Source of the DNA: Halomonadaceae bacterium
GTDB lineage: Bacteria; Pseudomonadota; Gammaproteobacteria; Pseudomonadales; Oleiphilaceae
Assembly: GCA_007692645.1 (NCBI GenBank)
Contig: REBR01000267.1
Coordinates: forward strand, 2,120 to 66,119
Length of the DNA: 64,000 nucleotides
Direction: 5' to 3'
The notes beneath the pieces were generated by a model that had not been told where the DNA came from, searched no databases, and worked only from the letters and a program-made list of their open reading frames with translations. The position numbers were made by a program, and so were the translations under genes. Every line of letters begins with the position of its first letter. Positions within the stretch are counted from its first letter, which is position 1. Positions 56,520 through 64,000 of the stretch are shown piece by piece.

Positions 56520-57803
56520 ATGGCGGATAAAGGAAGCGGCAGGGGCGACGACAGTGGCAAGTTGCTCTATTGCTCGTTCTGCGGCAAAAGTCAGCATGAG
56601 GTCAGGAAGCTGATTGCCGGGCCATCCGTATTCATTTGCGATGAGTGCGTGGACCTGTGTAATGACATTATCCGGGAGGAAATCCAGGAAAATACCCAGG
56701 AAGAGGCCAGCGACCGCCTGCCGTCCCCACACGAAATTAAAGAAACCCTGGATGAGTACGTCATCGGCCAGGACCGCGCCAAAGTGGTGTTGTCGGTAGC
56801 GGTGTATAACCACTACAAGCGCCTGCGTTTTGGTGAAACCCGTCCGGAGGTTGAGCTGGGTAAGAGCAATATCCTGCTGATTGGTCCCACGGGCAGCGGT
56901 AAAACCCTGCTGGCGGAAACCCTGGCGCGGATGCTGAATGTGCCCTTTACCATCGCCGACGCCACCACGTTGACCGAAGCCGGTTATGTGGGGGAAGACG
57001 TGGAAAACATCATTCAGAAGCTGCTGCAAAAGTGTGACTATGATGTGGAGAAAGCCCAGAAGGGCATTGTCTATATCGATGAAATCGACAAGATTTCACG
57101 CAAGTCAGATAACCCGTCAATCACCCGTGATGTATCCGGTGAAGGGGTGCAGCAGGCGTTGCTGAAACTGATCGAAGGCACCGTGGCTTCCGTCCCCCCT
57201 CAGGGCGGGCGTAAGCACCCCCAGCAGGAGTTCCTGCAAGTGGATACCGCCAACATGCTGTTTATCTGTGGTGGTGCCTTTGCCGGTCTGGATAAGGTGA
57301 TTCGCGAACGCACTGAGAAAACCAGTATCGGCTTTTCGGCACGGGTGGTGAGTAAAACTGACGAACAAAGCACCTCTGACGTATTGAAAACTGTTGAAAC
57401 GGAAGATCTGGTCAAATACGGCCTGATTCCCGAATTTGTCGGTCGCCTGCCGGTGATTGCCACATTGACGGAGCTTGATGAGGAGGCGCTGGTAGAAATT
57501 CTGACCCAGCCCAAGAATGCCCTCACCAAGCAGTACCAGCAGTTGTTCGAAATGGAAGATGTTGAGCTGGACTTCCGTGAGGACGCACTGCGTGCGGTGG
57601 CGGGTAAGGCCATGCAACGCAAAACCGGTGCCCGTGGGTTGCGCTCCATCATGGAGTCGGTACTGCTGGACACCATGTACGAGGTGCCTTCAGAGCCGGA
57701 TGTGTGCAAAGTGGTCATTGACGAAAGTGTCATCCTGGGGGATTCTTCGCCTATCAAGATTTACTCCAGCCAGGAAAAAGCCAAGGCAGTCCCGGAAGAC
57801 TGA
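56520..57803 (+). CDS. clpX: ATP-dependent Clp protease ATP-binding subunit ClpX
   Basis: 427 aa with a zinc-binding N-terminus ([11 protein letters not shown]...CDEC) and GPTGSGKT. Confidence 0.97.
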   Translation: MADKGSGRGDDSGKLLYCSFCGKSQHEVRKLIAGPSVFICDECVDLCNDIIREEIQENTQEEASDRLPSPHEIKETLDEYVIGQDRAKVVLSVAVYNHYKRLRFGETRPEVELGKSNILLIGPTGSGKTLLAETLARMLNVPFTIADATTLTEAGYVGEDVENIIQKLLQKCDYDVEKAQKGIVYIDEIDKISRKSDNPSITRDVSGEGVQQALLKLIEGTVASVPPQGGRKHPQQEFLQVDTANMLFICGGAFAGLDKVIRERTEKTSIGFSARVVSKTDEQSTSDVLKTVETEDLVKYGLIPEFVGRLPVIATLTELDEEALVEILTQPKNALTKQYQQLFEMEDVELDFREDALRAVAGKAMQRKTGARGLRSIMESVLLDTMYEVPSEPDVCKVVIDESVILGDSSPIKIYSSQEKAKAVPED

Positions 57804-57842
57804 TGCGCAAGCCCCAGGGGTACGGGTCAGTCAGGTATTAAT

Positions 57843-57866
57843 AAAGGGGCGAAAGCCCCTTTTTTT
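57843..57866 (+). terminator. rho-independent terminator after clpX
   Basis: AAAGGGGC-GAAA-GCCCCTTT followed by a T-run. Confidence 0.8.
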
Positions 57867-57895
57867 ATTGCAATTGCCGTCCACCGCCCCCACAA
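57867..57895 (+). promoter_or_regulatory. possible sigma32-type heat-shock promoter for lon
   Basis: ATTGCAA (compare CTTGAAA), a spacer of about 14 nt, then CCCCACAA (compare CCCCATNT), about 80 nt upstream of the lon ATG. The match is partial, so confidence is low. Confidence 0.3.
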
Positions 57896-57970
57896 AGTAC
57901 GTAAGACAAATAGAATTAATCGTTTCGTGCCCCCAGGGGCGCGGATGACATGTAATGCCGAGGGTCCAAT

Positions 57971-60382
57971 ATGACTGACAAAGAGCAGGTAAAAGCCGTA
58001 GAAACGCTGCCCATGCTGCCATTGCGGGATGTGGTGGTGTTCCCCCACATGGTCGTGCCACTTTTTGTAGGCCGTGAAAAATCCATTAATGCCCTTGAAG
58101 AGGCCATGGCCACCAGCAAGAAAATATTCCTGGTGGCTCAGCGGGATGCGGAAACCGACGATCCGGGCAAAGACGACATCTACCAGCTGGGCACCGTGGC
58201 CAGTGTACTGCAGATGCTGAAGCTCCCTGACGGCACTGTGAAAGTGCTGGTGGAAGGCACTCACCGTGGCCGTGTCAGCGATGTGATGGGTGATGAGTAC
58301 CTACAGGGCCAGGTAACGGCCATCCCTGAAGAGTCTGTTGATGAGCGGGAAGAAGAAGTGCTGGTACGCACCCTGATGGAGGAGTTTGAGAAATTCGTCA
58401 AACTGTCCCGCAAGGTCCCCGCCGAAGTCAGCAACTCCCTGACAGGTATTGAAGAGCTGGATCGCCTGGCAGATACCATGGCGGCCCATCTGGAGCTGAA
58501 AGTTTCGGAAAAGCAGGAGCTGCTGGAAACCCTGGATCTGCGCAAGCGGATTGAGGGGCTGCTGGGCAAGCTGGACTCGGAAATTGACCTGATTGAAATT
58601 GAAAAGCGCATCCGTGGCCGGGTTAAAAAGCAGATGGAGCGCAGCCAGCGCGAGTATTACCTGAATGAGCAGATGAAGGCCATCCAGAAAGAAATGGGCC
58701 AGATGGGGGATGGCGGTGGTCATGATTTTGAAGACCTTGAGCAGCGCATTGAATCTGCCGGTATGCCAACAGACGCCCGGAAAAAAGCGGAAACCGAGCT
58801 GAACAAGTTGAAAATGATGTCCCCCATGTCGGCGGAAGCCACCGTGGTTCGTGGTTACATCGACTGGTTGCTGGCAGTGCCCTGGAAAAAGCGCAGCCGG
58901 GTGCGTCATGACCTGGATAAAGCCCGGGAGATCCTCGACGAGGACCATTACGGTCTTGAGGAGGTCAAGGAGCGCATTCTGGAGTACCTGGCGGTACAGA
59001 GCCGGGTGCGCAAGTTAAAAGGCCCTGTGCTGTGTCTGGTGGGGCCTCCCGGGGTTGGTAAAACCTCACTGGGCAAGTCAGTGGCCCGGGCCACCAATCG
59101 CCAGTACACCCGTATGGCCCTTGGCGGGGTCCGTGACGAGGCGGAAATCCGCGGTCACCGGCGCACCTATATTGGCGCACTGCCGGGTAAGATCATCCAG
59201 AAAATGGCCAAGGCAGGAGCCCGTAACCCACTGTTTCTGCTGGATGAAATTGATAAGATGGGGATGGATCACCGGGGTGATCCGGCATCTGGTCTGCTGG
59301 AGGTGCTGGACCCGGAACAGAACCACACATTCAACGATCACTACCTGGAATTGGACTTCGACCTGTCAGATGTGATGTTCGTGTGTACCTCCAACTCCAT
59401 GAACATTCCCGGCCCATTACTGGACCGTATGGAAATTATCCGCATTCCCGGTTACACCGAGGATGAAAAGGTCAATATTGCCCGCCGTTACCTGTTGCCC
59501 AAGCAGCTCAAGGCCAATGGTCTTAAGGGTGATGAGCTGACCATGCCGGATGATACCCTGCTGGCACTGATCCGCTACTACACCCGGGAAGCCGGGGTGC
59601 GTAATCTGGAGCGGGAAATCGCCAAAATCTGCCGTAAGGTGGTGCGTGAGCACGTGGAAGCGGGCAATCGCAATGCCAATGAAATCAATGTGTCTAACCT
59701 TGAGCATTACTCCGGGGTTAAGCGGTTTAAATACGGCCTGGCGGAAGAAACCAACCAGATTGGCCAGGTTACCGGTCTGGCCTGGACCCAGGTGGGGGGT
59801 GAATTACTCACCATTGAAACCGCCGTTAGCCCGGGCAAAGGCAAGGTGATTAAAACCGGTTCACTGGGTGATGTGATGCAGGAATCCATCCAGGCAGCCC
59901 TCACGGTGGTCCGTAGCCGGGCTGCAGGACTGGGTCTGGCGGCGGATTTTTACGAAAAAAATGACGTTCACGTGCATGTTCCAGAGGGTGCAACCCCGAA
60001 AGATGGCCCCAGTGCGGGCATTGGTATGTGCACCAGTCTGATTTCTGCATTGACCCGGATTCCGGTGCGGGCAGACGTGGCCATGACCGGTGAAATTACC
60101 CTTCGGGGCCGTGTTCTAATGATCGGGGGCCTTAAGGAAAAGCTCTTGGCCGCTCATCGGGGGGGTATCAAGACAGTTATTATTCCAGAGGAAAATGTCG
60201 GCGATCTCAAAGAGATACCTGACAATATCAAGGCCTCTCTGGATATCCGTCCGGTAAAATGGATTGACGAAGTACTGGATATCGCGTTGACTTACCAACC
60301 GGACGCGGCGGCTTCGGCCGATGCCGATGGGGGCGCTTCGGGCCATTCCAGGGAGGACGATGACAGGGTCAATACGCATTAA
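57971..60382 (+). CDS. lon: Lon protease
   Basis: 803 aa starting [16 protein letters not shown], with GPPGVGKTS and the protease site PKDGPSAG. Confidence 0.97.
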   Translation: MTDKEQVKAVETLPMLPLRDVVVFPHMVVPLFVGREKSINALEEAMATSKKIFLVAQRDAETDDPGKDDIYQLGTVASVLQMLKLPDGTVKVLVEGTHRGRVSDVMGDEYLQGQVTAIPEESVDEREEEVLVRTLMEEFEKFVKLSRKVPAEVSNSLTGIEELDRLADTMAAHLELKVSEKQELLETLDLRKRIEGLLGKLDSEIDLIEIEKRIRGRVKKQMERSQREYYLNEQMKAIQKEMGQMGDGGGHDFEDLEQRIESAGMPTDARKKAETELNKLKMMSPMSAEATVVRGYIDWLLAVPWKKRSRVRHDLDKAREILDEDHYGLEEVKERILEYLAVQSRVRKLKGPVLCLVGPPGVGKTSLGKSVARATNRQYTRMALGGVRDEAEIRGHRRTYIGALPGKIIQKMAKAGARNPLFLLDEIDKMGMDHRGDPASGLLEVLDPEQNHTFNDHYLELDFDLSDVMFVCTSNSMNIPGPLLDRMEIIRIPGYTEDEKVNIARRYLLPKQLKANGLKGDELTMPDDTLLALIRYYTREAGVRNLEREIAKICRKVVREHVEAGNRNANEINVSNLEHYSGVKRFKYGLAEETNQIGQVTGLAWTQVGGELLTIETAVSPGKGKVIKTGSLGDVMQESIQAALTVVRSRAAGLGLAADFYEKNDVHVHVPEGATPKDGPSAGIGMCTSLISALTRIPVRADVAMTGEITLRGRVLMIGGLKEKLLAAHRGGIKTVIIPEENVGDLKEIPDNIKASLDIRPVKWIDEVLDIALTYQPDAAASADADGGASGHSREDDDRVNTH

Positions 60383-60397
60383 CACCTAACCCTGTTA

Positions 60398-60427
60398 TTG
60401 ACAGGTCTCGCGGGGCGTTGGTATAAC
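60398..60427 (+). promoter_or_regulatory. candidate sigma70 promoter for hupB with about 200-nt leader
   Basis: TTGACA, an 18-nt spacer, then TATAAC, 15 nt after the lon stop. Confidence 0.45.
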
Positions 60428-60627
60428 GTAATCCGCCTTGCGGCGGGCTGCGTCTGCGGGACCTAACGCCGTATCACGCAAGCGGCCAGTGTCCGTTGCC
60501 GCAAGGATCCTGCGGGATCCGGTAGAGCTTAAATCATCCATGGAATTCCCCTATGGCCTGTGCCATAGTCGGGAACTTCAAAGAACTATAAGCTCAAACA
60601 TCTAATCAGAAATCTAAGGGGTTTAGT

Positions 60628-60900
60628 GTGAACAAGTCCGAACTGATCGACGCTATCGCAGATTCTGCAGACATTTCCAAAGCAGCCGCTGGCCGTGCAC
60701 TGGATGCAATGGTTGGCTCCATTACCGATTCCCTGAAAAAAGGCGATCAGGTCACTCTGATTGGTTTCGGTACTTTTGCTGTGAAAGAGCGGGCAGCACG
60801 CACCGGTCGTAACCCACAGACGGGTGCTGAGATTCAGATCAAAGCGTCCAAGGTTCCTAGCTTCAAAGCCGGTAAAGCGCTGAAGGATGCGGTCAAGTAA
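60628..60900 (+). CDS. hupB: DNA-binding protein HU-beta
   Basis: 90 aa with a GTG start after AAGGGG. It reads (M)[10 protein letters not shown]...[21 protein letters not shown]. Confidence 0.95.
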   Translation: MNKSELIDAIADSADISKAAAGRALDAMVGSITDSLKKGDQVTLIGFGTFAVKERAARTGRNPQTGAEIQIKASKVPSFKAGKALKDAVK

Positions 60901-61017
60901 CATCCGTTGCGACCTGACCGTTAAAAGCTGCAGGAGTGGCTGTCCATCCAGTTAAGAGTACCTTCAGGTTTACCGGGTATTGTGTATTTGGATACTGTCC
61001 GCTTCGCCAGTTTCGTG

Positions 61018-61043
61018 GGCGCATCCTCCGGGTGCGCCTTTTT
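61018..61043 (+). terminator. rho-independent terminator after hupB
   Basis: GGCGCA-TCCTCCGGG-TGCGCC followed by TTTTT. Confidence 0.65.
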
Positions 61044-61101
61044 ACGTTAAGTTCACCGGCTTTAACGGTGCCATCAGATACAGCGCCAGTTTGGGGGAAT
61101 A

Positions 61102-62976
61102 ATGCTGCAAGATATTCGTGACAACGCCCAGGGAATGATCGCTAAAACGATCATCTTCGTGCTTATCCTGTCCCTCTCCATCTGGGGCATGGACGCGATC
61201 GTGGGCGGCTTCGGTGGTGAGCCCGAGATTGCTACCGTTAATGGTGAGGAAATCACCGAGCGCGAGTTTCAGCGCATGATCCAGATTGAGCGACAGCAGC
61301 GTCTGGCCAATATGGAGAATCCGGACCCGGCCAGGATCGACCAGGACGAACTGCGTCAATCGGTACTGGAAGGTCTAATCCAGCAGAAACTGTTGGGCCT
61401 GGACATTAAAAACCGCGGCCTGCAACTCACGGAAGACGATGTTGATCAGATGATTACCGAGCAGGAGGCCTTCCAGGTGGATGGTCGCTTTAGCCCTGAT
61501 CGCTTCCGCCAGGCGGTGCGTAACCAGGGTATGTCGGTGGCTGAGTTCCGTGAAGCCATGCAGCAGGACCACCTGAGTCAACTAGTCGCTGCCATTGTTT
61601 CCGGTAGTGCCTTTGCCGCACCGGATGAGGCGCGGCATGTAGCGAGCCTGTTCACCCAGACCCGTAGTTTCTCCACCCTTGAGGTGCCCTTTGACCGGGT
61701 AGCTGACCGTGTCCACATCAGCGACGAGGAAATTGAAACCTATTACCAGGACAATCAAAGTGACTTTGAGCGTCCTGAAATGGCGGATGTATCCTGGATT
61801 GAGCTTAACCTGGAAGGGTTAATGAAAGATGTCGAGGTGGATGAGGATGACCTTCGGGAGCTTTATCAACGTCGCGTGGCAGAGCTTGAGCAGAGTGGCG
61901 AGCGCAACGCAGCCCATATCCTGATTCTTGAGGGTGACGACGCGGACGAGAAAGTGGACGCCGTTGCTGCAGCTCTCGACGAGGGCCGTGATTTCGCTGC
62001 CGTAGCTGAAGAGTTCTCTGACGATCCGGCCTCAGCCGGGCAGGGTGGCGAGTTGGGTTTTGCCACTCCTGACAGCTATGACGAAGCTTTCAGTGAAGCC
62101 CTGTTTGCCATTGAAAATGAAGGTGACGTTGTAGGTCCGGTAGAAACCCCTTTCGGTCGGCACTTCATTAAGCTGCTGGCGGTAGAGACTGAAGAAGCCC
62201 CGTCTTTTGCCAGCATGGAGGATGAATTGCGCCGTGATGCTGCCAGAGAGCAGGCGGGTCGGCAATTTGCCGAGATCAGTATGGAGTTGGCGGAGCTGGC
62301 TTACTCCGAGTATGACCTTGAAGCCCCTGCTGAGCTGATCAACGCTGAGATCCAGACCCGTGATGGGGTTACCCGTGAGAACAATCAGGAGCCTTTCAAT
62401 CATCCGCAGTTGCTGAGGGAATTATTCAGTGAAGATGTCCTGCAGGATGGTTTTAATACGGAACCGGTCGAGATAGGTTCAGACCGGGCCATTGTTGCCC
62501 GTGTGCGTGACTATCATCCGGCTACCCAGCTTGAGCTGGCTGATGTGGCGGATGAAATCCGTGACCGGCTGCGGGTGCAGAAAATGCGCGCGACCCTGGA
62601 AGAGGAAGCCCGACAGCACATTGCCTCTCTGCGGGATCAGGGGGAGGATGCCATGGACTCTGTTGCCGCTGAGCTGGGTGGTGAGTGGGTTCACCATGAC
62701 ACCGTCAGTCGCAGTGACGATTTTGTGTCGCCCATTCTGAGGGAGGCAGTTTTCGGTTTGCCCCGGCCCAGTGAAGGCAGCAGCCGTTATGCCTCAGTTG
62801 CCGTTCCGGGGGGCATTGCCCTGATTAAATTGGCAGAAGTGATGGAAGGGGATGAGGCGGCAACAGAAATGTTGACCCGAAACATGCAAGAGTCCCTGTC
62901 CCAGCGCCACGGTCAGGCAGCTTACGCTTTCTATGTGAGCCAGCTCCGTGACAAGGCGGATATACAGCGCCGCTAA
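61102..62976 (+). CDS. ppiD: periplasmic chaperone / peptidyl-prolyl isomerase PpiD
   Basis: 624 aa starting MLQDIRDNAQG with an N-terminal TM anchor and a central parvulin-like segment (AAHILI...GGELGF). It holds the conserved position after hupB. Confidence 0.9.
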   Translation: MLQDIRDNAQGMIAKTIIFVLILSLSIWGMDAIVGGFGGEPEIATVNGEEITEREFQRMIQIERQQRLANMENPDPARIDQDELRQSVLEGLIQQKLLGLDIKNRGLQLTEDDVDQMITEQEAFQVDGRFSPDRFRQAVRNQGMSVAEFREAMQQDHLSQLVAAIVSGSAFAAPDEARHVASLFTQTRSFSTLEVPFDRVADRVHISDEEIETYYQDNQSDFERPEMADVSWIELNLEGLMKDVEVDEDDLRELYQRRVAELEQSGERNAAHILILEGDDADEKVDAVAAALDEGRDFAAVAEEFSDDPASAGQGGELGFATPDSYDEAFSEALFAIENEGDVVGPVETPFGRHFIKLLAVETEEAPSFASMEDELRRDAAREQAGRQFAEISMELAELAYSEYDLEAPAELINAEIQTRDGVTRENNQEPFNHPQLLRELFSEDVLQDGFNTEPVEIGSDRAIVARVRDYHPATQLELADVADEIRDRLRVQKMRATLEEEARQHIASLRDQGEDAMDSVAAELGGEWVHHDTVSRSDDFVSPILREAVFGLPRPSEGSSRYASVAVPGGIALIKLAEVMEGDEAATEMLTRNMQESLSQRHGQAAYAFYVSQLRDKADIQRR

Positions 62977-62998
62977 CACTCCGGGAAAGTGAGACCTG

Positions 62999-63030
62999 AA
63001 ACCCCATGGGCGCGAGCCCATGGGGTTTTT
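62999..63030 (+). terminator. rho-independent terminator after ppiD
   Basis: AAACCCCATGGG-CGCGAG-CCCATGGGGTTT followed by TT. Confidence 0.8.
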
Positions 63031-63086
63031 GCGTTGCTGCGTCACAAAACCATAACGCAGTCCTAAATTCCCTCCTTATTAAACAC

Positions 63087-63140
63087 TTAGCCACCGGTGA
63101 ATTGAGCACCAGTTAACTTTAGCACCGACCTGCTTTAGGT
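63087..63140 (+). repeat. four direct repeats with 16-bp period, core TT(T)AGCACC
   Basis: TTAGCCACC at 63087, TTGAGCACC at 63102, TTTAGCACC at 63118 and a degenerate TTTAGGTAT at 63134. They sit 35-90 bp upstream of the C39 gene. Confidence 0.5.
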
Positions 63141-63175
63141 ATCGTTTCGTTAATAATAATGGACGCGAGATACCC

Positions 63176-63976
63176 ATGATCTTCGCACTGGCAGGCTCAT
63201 TACTGGGAATGACCATTTTCCAGCAAATCGCTGAAGTCGAAGCGCACCCACAGGGTGCGGTAGTGCAGGAGATGCATTACGACGTCACCGATAACATTCT
63301 GATGGAGCGCTACCTTGTGGAACCCCTGGTAGAGCAGAAATTCCGTCACCTGGTTCGCCAGGCTTATGACTACAGCTGTGGTGCTGCTTCACTGACCACC
63401 ATTCTGCGTTACCACCTGGGGTTACAGGTTACGGAGCGCCAGGTCATGGAAGGGCTGCTGCAGTATGGCCAAACCGAAAGGATCATTCAGCGCCGGGCTT
63501 TTTCACTCCTCGATATGAATCGGCTAGTCACTGCCCTTGGTTACCCATCAGGAGGGTTCCGGGCAGAGCTGAAAGACCTGGTTGAACTGGACCACCCTGC
63601 CATTGTTCCGATTCATTACGCCGGTTTTGAGCACTTTGTAGTGGTGCGGGATATTCGCGATGGGCGGGTTTTTGTGGCTGACCCCGCGGTTGGCAATATC
63701 TCCTTCACCCTGAGCCGCTTTCAGGAAGTCTGGACCGACAATGTTCTGTTTATTGTATTTCCCGGGGAAGAAGAGCCTTTAAGTGCCTTGGCCTTGCGCA
63801 ACGAAGACCTGCGCTACATCGATGATCAGACCCTGACACTCCAGGCGAGAATGGAATTTCCACACTTCCATGAAGGGTTGCAGTGGGACCTGCAGAACGA
63901 ACTGGAAAGGCAAAAAAACAATCCTGACGGCACCGTGGACAATACCCGTAAACAGCTGCACTACCGCCGCCGCTAA
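63176..63976 (+). CDS. stand-alone C39-family (bacteriocin-processing-type) cysteine peptidase domain protein
   Basis: 266 aa with a hydrophobic N-terminus. The catalytic Cys context is YDYSCGAASLTTIL, the His context is FEHFVVVRD, and the Asp context is VADPA. No ABC-transporter domains are attached. Confidence 0.75.
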   Translation: MIFALAGSLLGMTIFQQIAEVEAHPQGAVVQEMHYDVTDNILMERYLVEPLVEQKFRHLVRQAYDYSCGAASLTTILRYHLGLQVTERQVMEGLLQYGQTERIIQRRAFSLLDMNRLVTALGYPSGGFRAELKDLVELDHPAIVPIHYAGFEHFVVVRDIRDGRVFVADPAVGNISFTLSRFQEVWTDNVLFIVFPGEEEPLSALALRNEDLRYIDDQTLTLQARMEFPHFHEGLQWDLQNELERQKNNPDGTVDNTRKQLHYRRR

Positions 63977-64000
63977 TGGGTGCCCCCGTCAGAAAACCAG

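Noticed and set aside
60500-60560. Cluster of restriction-site-like palindromes (GGATCC twice, CCATGG, GAATTC) in the hupB leader, as a sign of engineering.
   Set aside because: They are simply parts of the local hairpins, and nothing else suggests vector or synthetic sequence.

Overview
GC-rich gammaproteobacterial chromosomal window. All calls come from reading the ORF track and the DNA by eye, with motif alignments recalled from memory; no database search was run.

Both flanks are conserved housekeeping blocks in the order I recall for Pseudomonas-type genomes:
- Left, 0.2-8.2 kb: yceD-rpmF-plsX-fabD-fabG-acpP-fabF-pabC-mltG-tmk.
- Right, 45.5-63 kb: lpxH-ppiB (minus strand), then glnS-cysS-glcB, folD, a tRNA Pro-Arg-His-Leu operon, and tig-clpP-clpX-lon-hupB-ppiD.

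Between them (8.2-45.5 kb) is a mosaic of accessory and metabolic loci:
- putA-putP.
- A lower-GC pair of convergent, overlapping sugar-modification genes (pyruvyl-transferase-like and glycosyltransferase-like).
- A minus-strand operon encoding a chemoreceptor, a coiled-coil porin and a 131-aa half-size PstS-fold periplasmic protein.
- acnB, miaE and a SulP permease.
- A leaderless S8 subtilase with a large uncharacterised C-terminal region, and an MBL-fold lipoprotein.
- A roughly 15-kb island (29-44 kb), the most interesting region. It holds a GGDEF cyclase and a heme-PAS FixL-like kinase. A FixK-like Crp/FNR regulator is fused in an operon with a P2-type ATPase and a DASS permease. It also carries a tandem-Usp gene preceded by an FNR/FixK-type box, a beta-CASP nuclease, a complete PstSCAB paralogue, a FixJ-like regulator and a four-cysteine single-domain receiver reminiscent of Caulobacter FixT.

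I saw no transposase, integrase, phage genes, CRISPR array or rRNA. Many long ORFs antisense to real genes are GC-bias artefacts.
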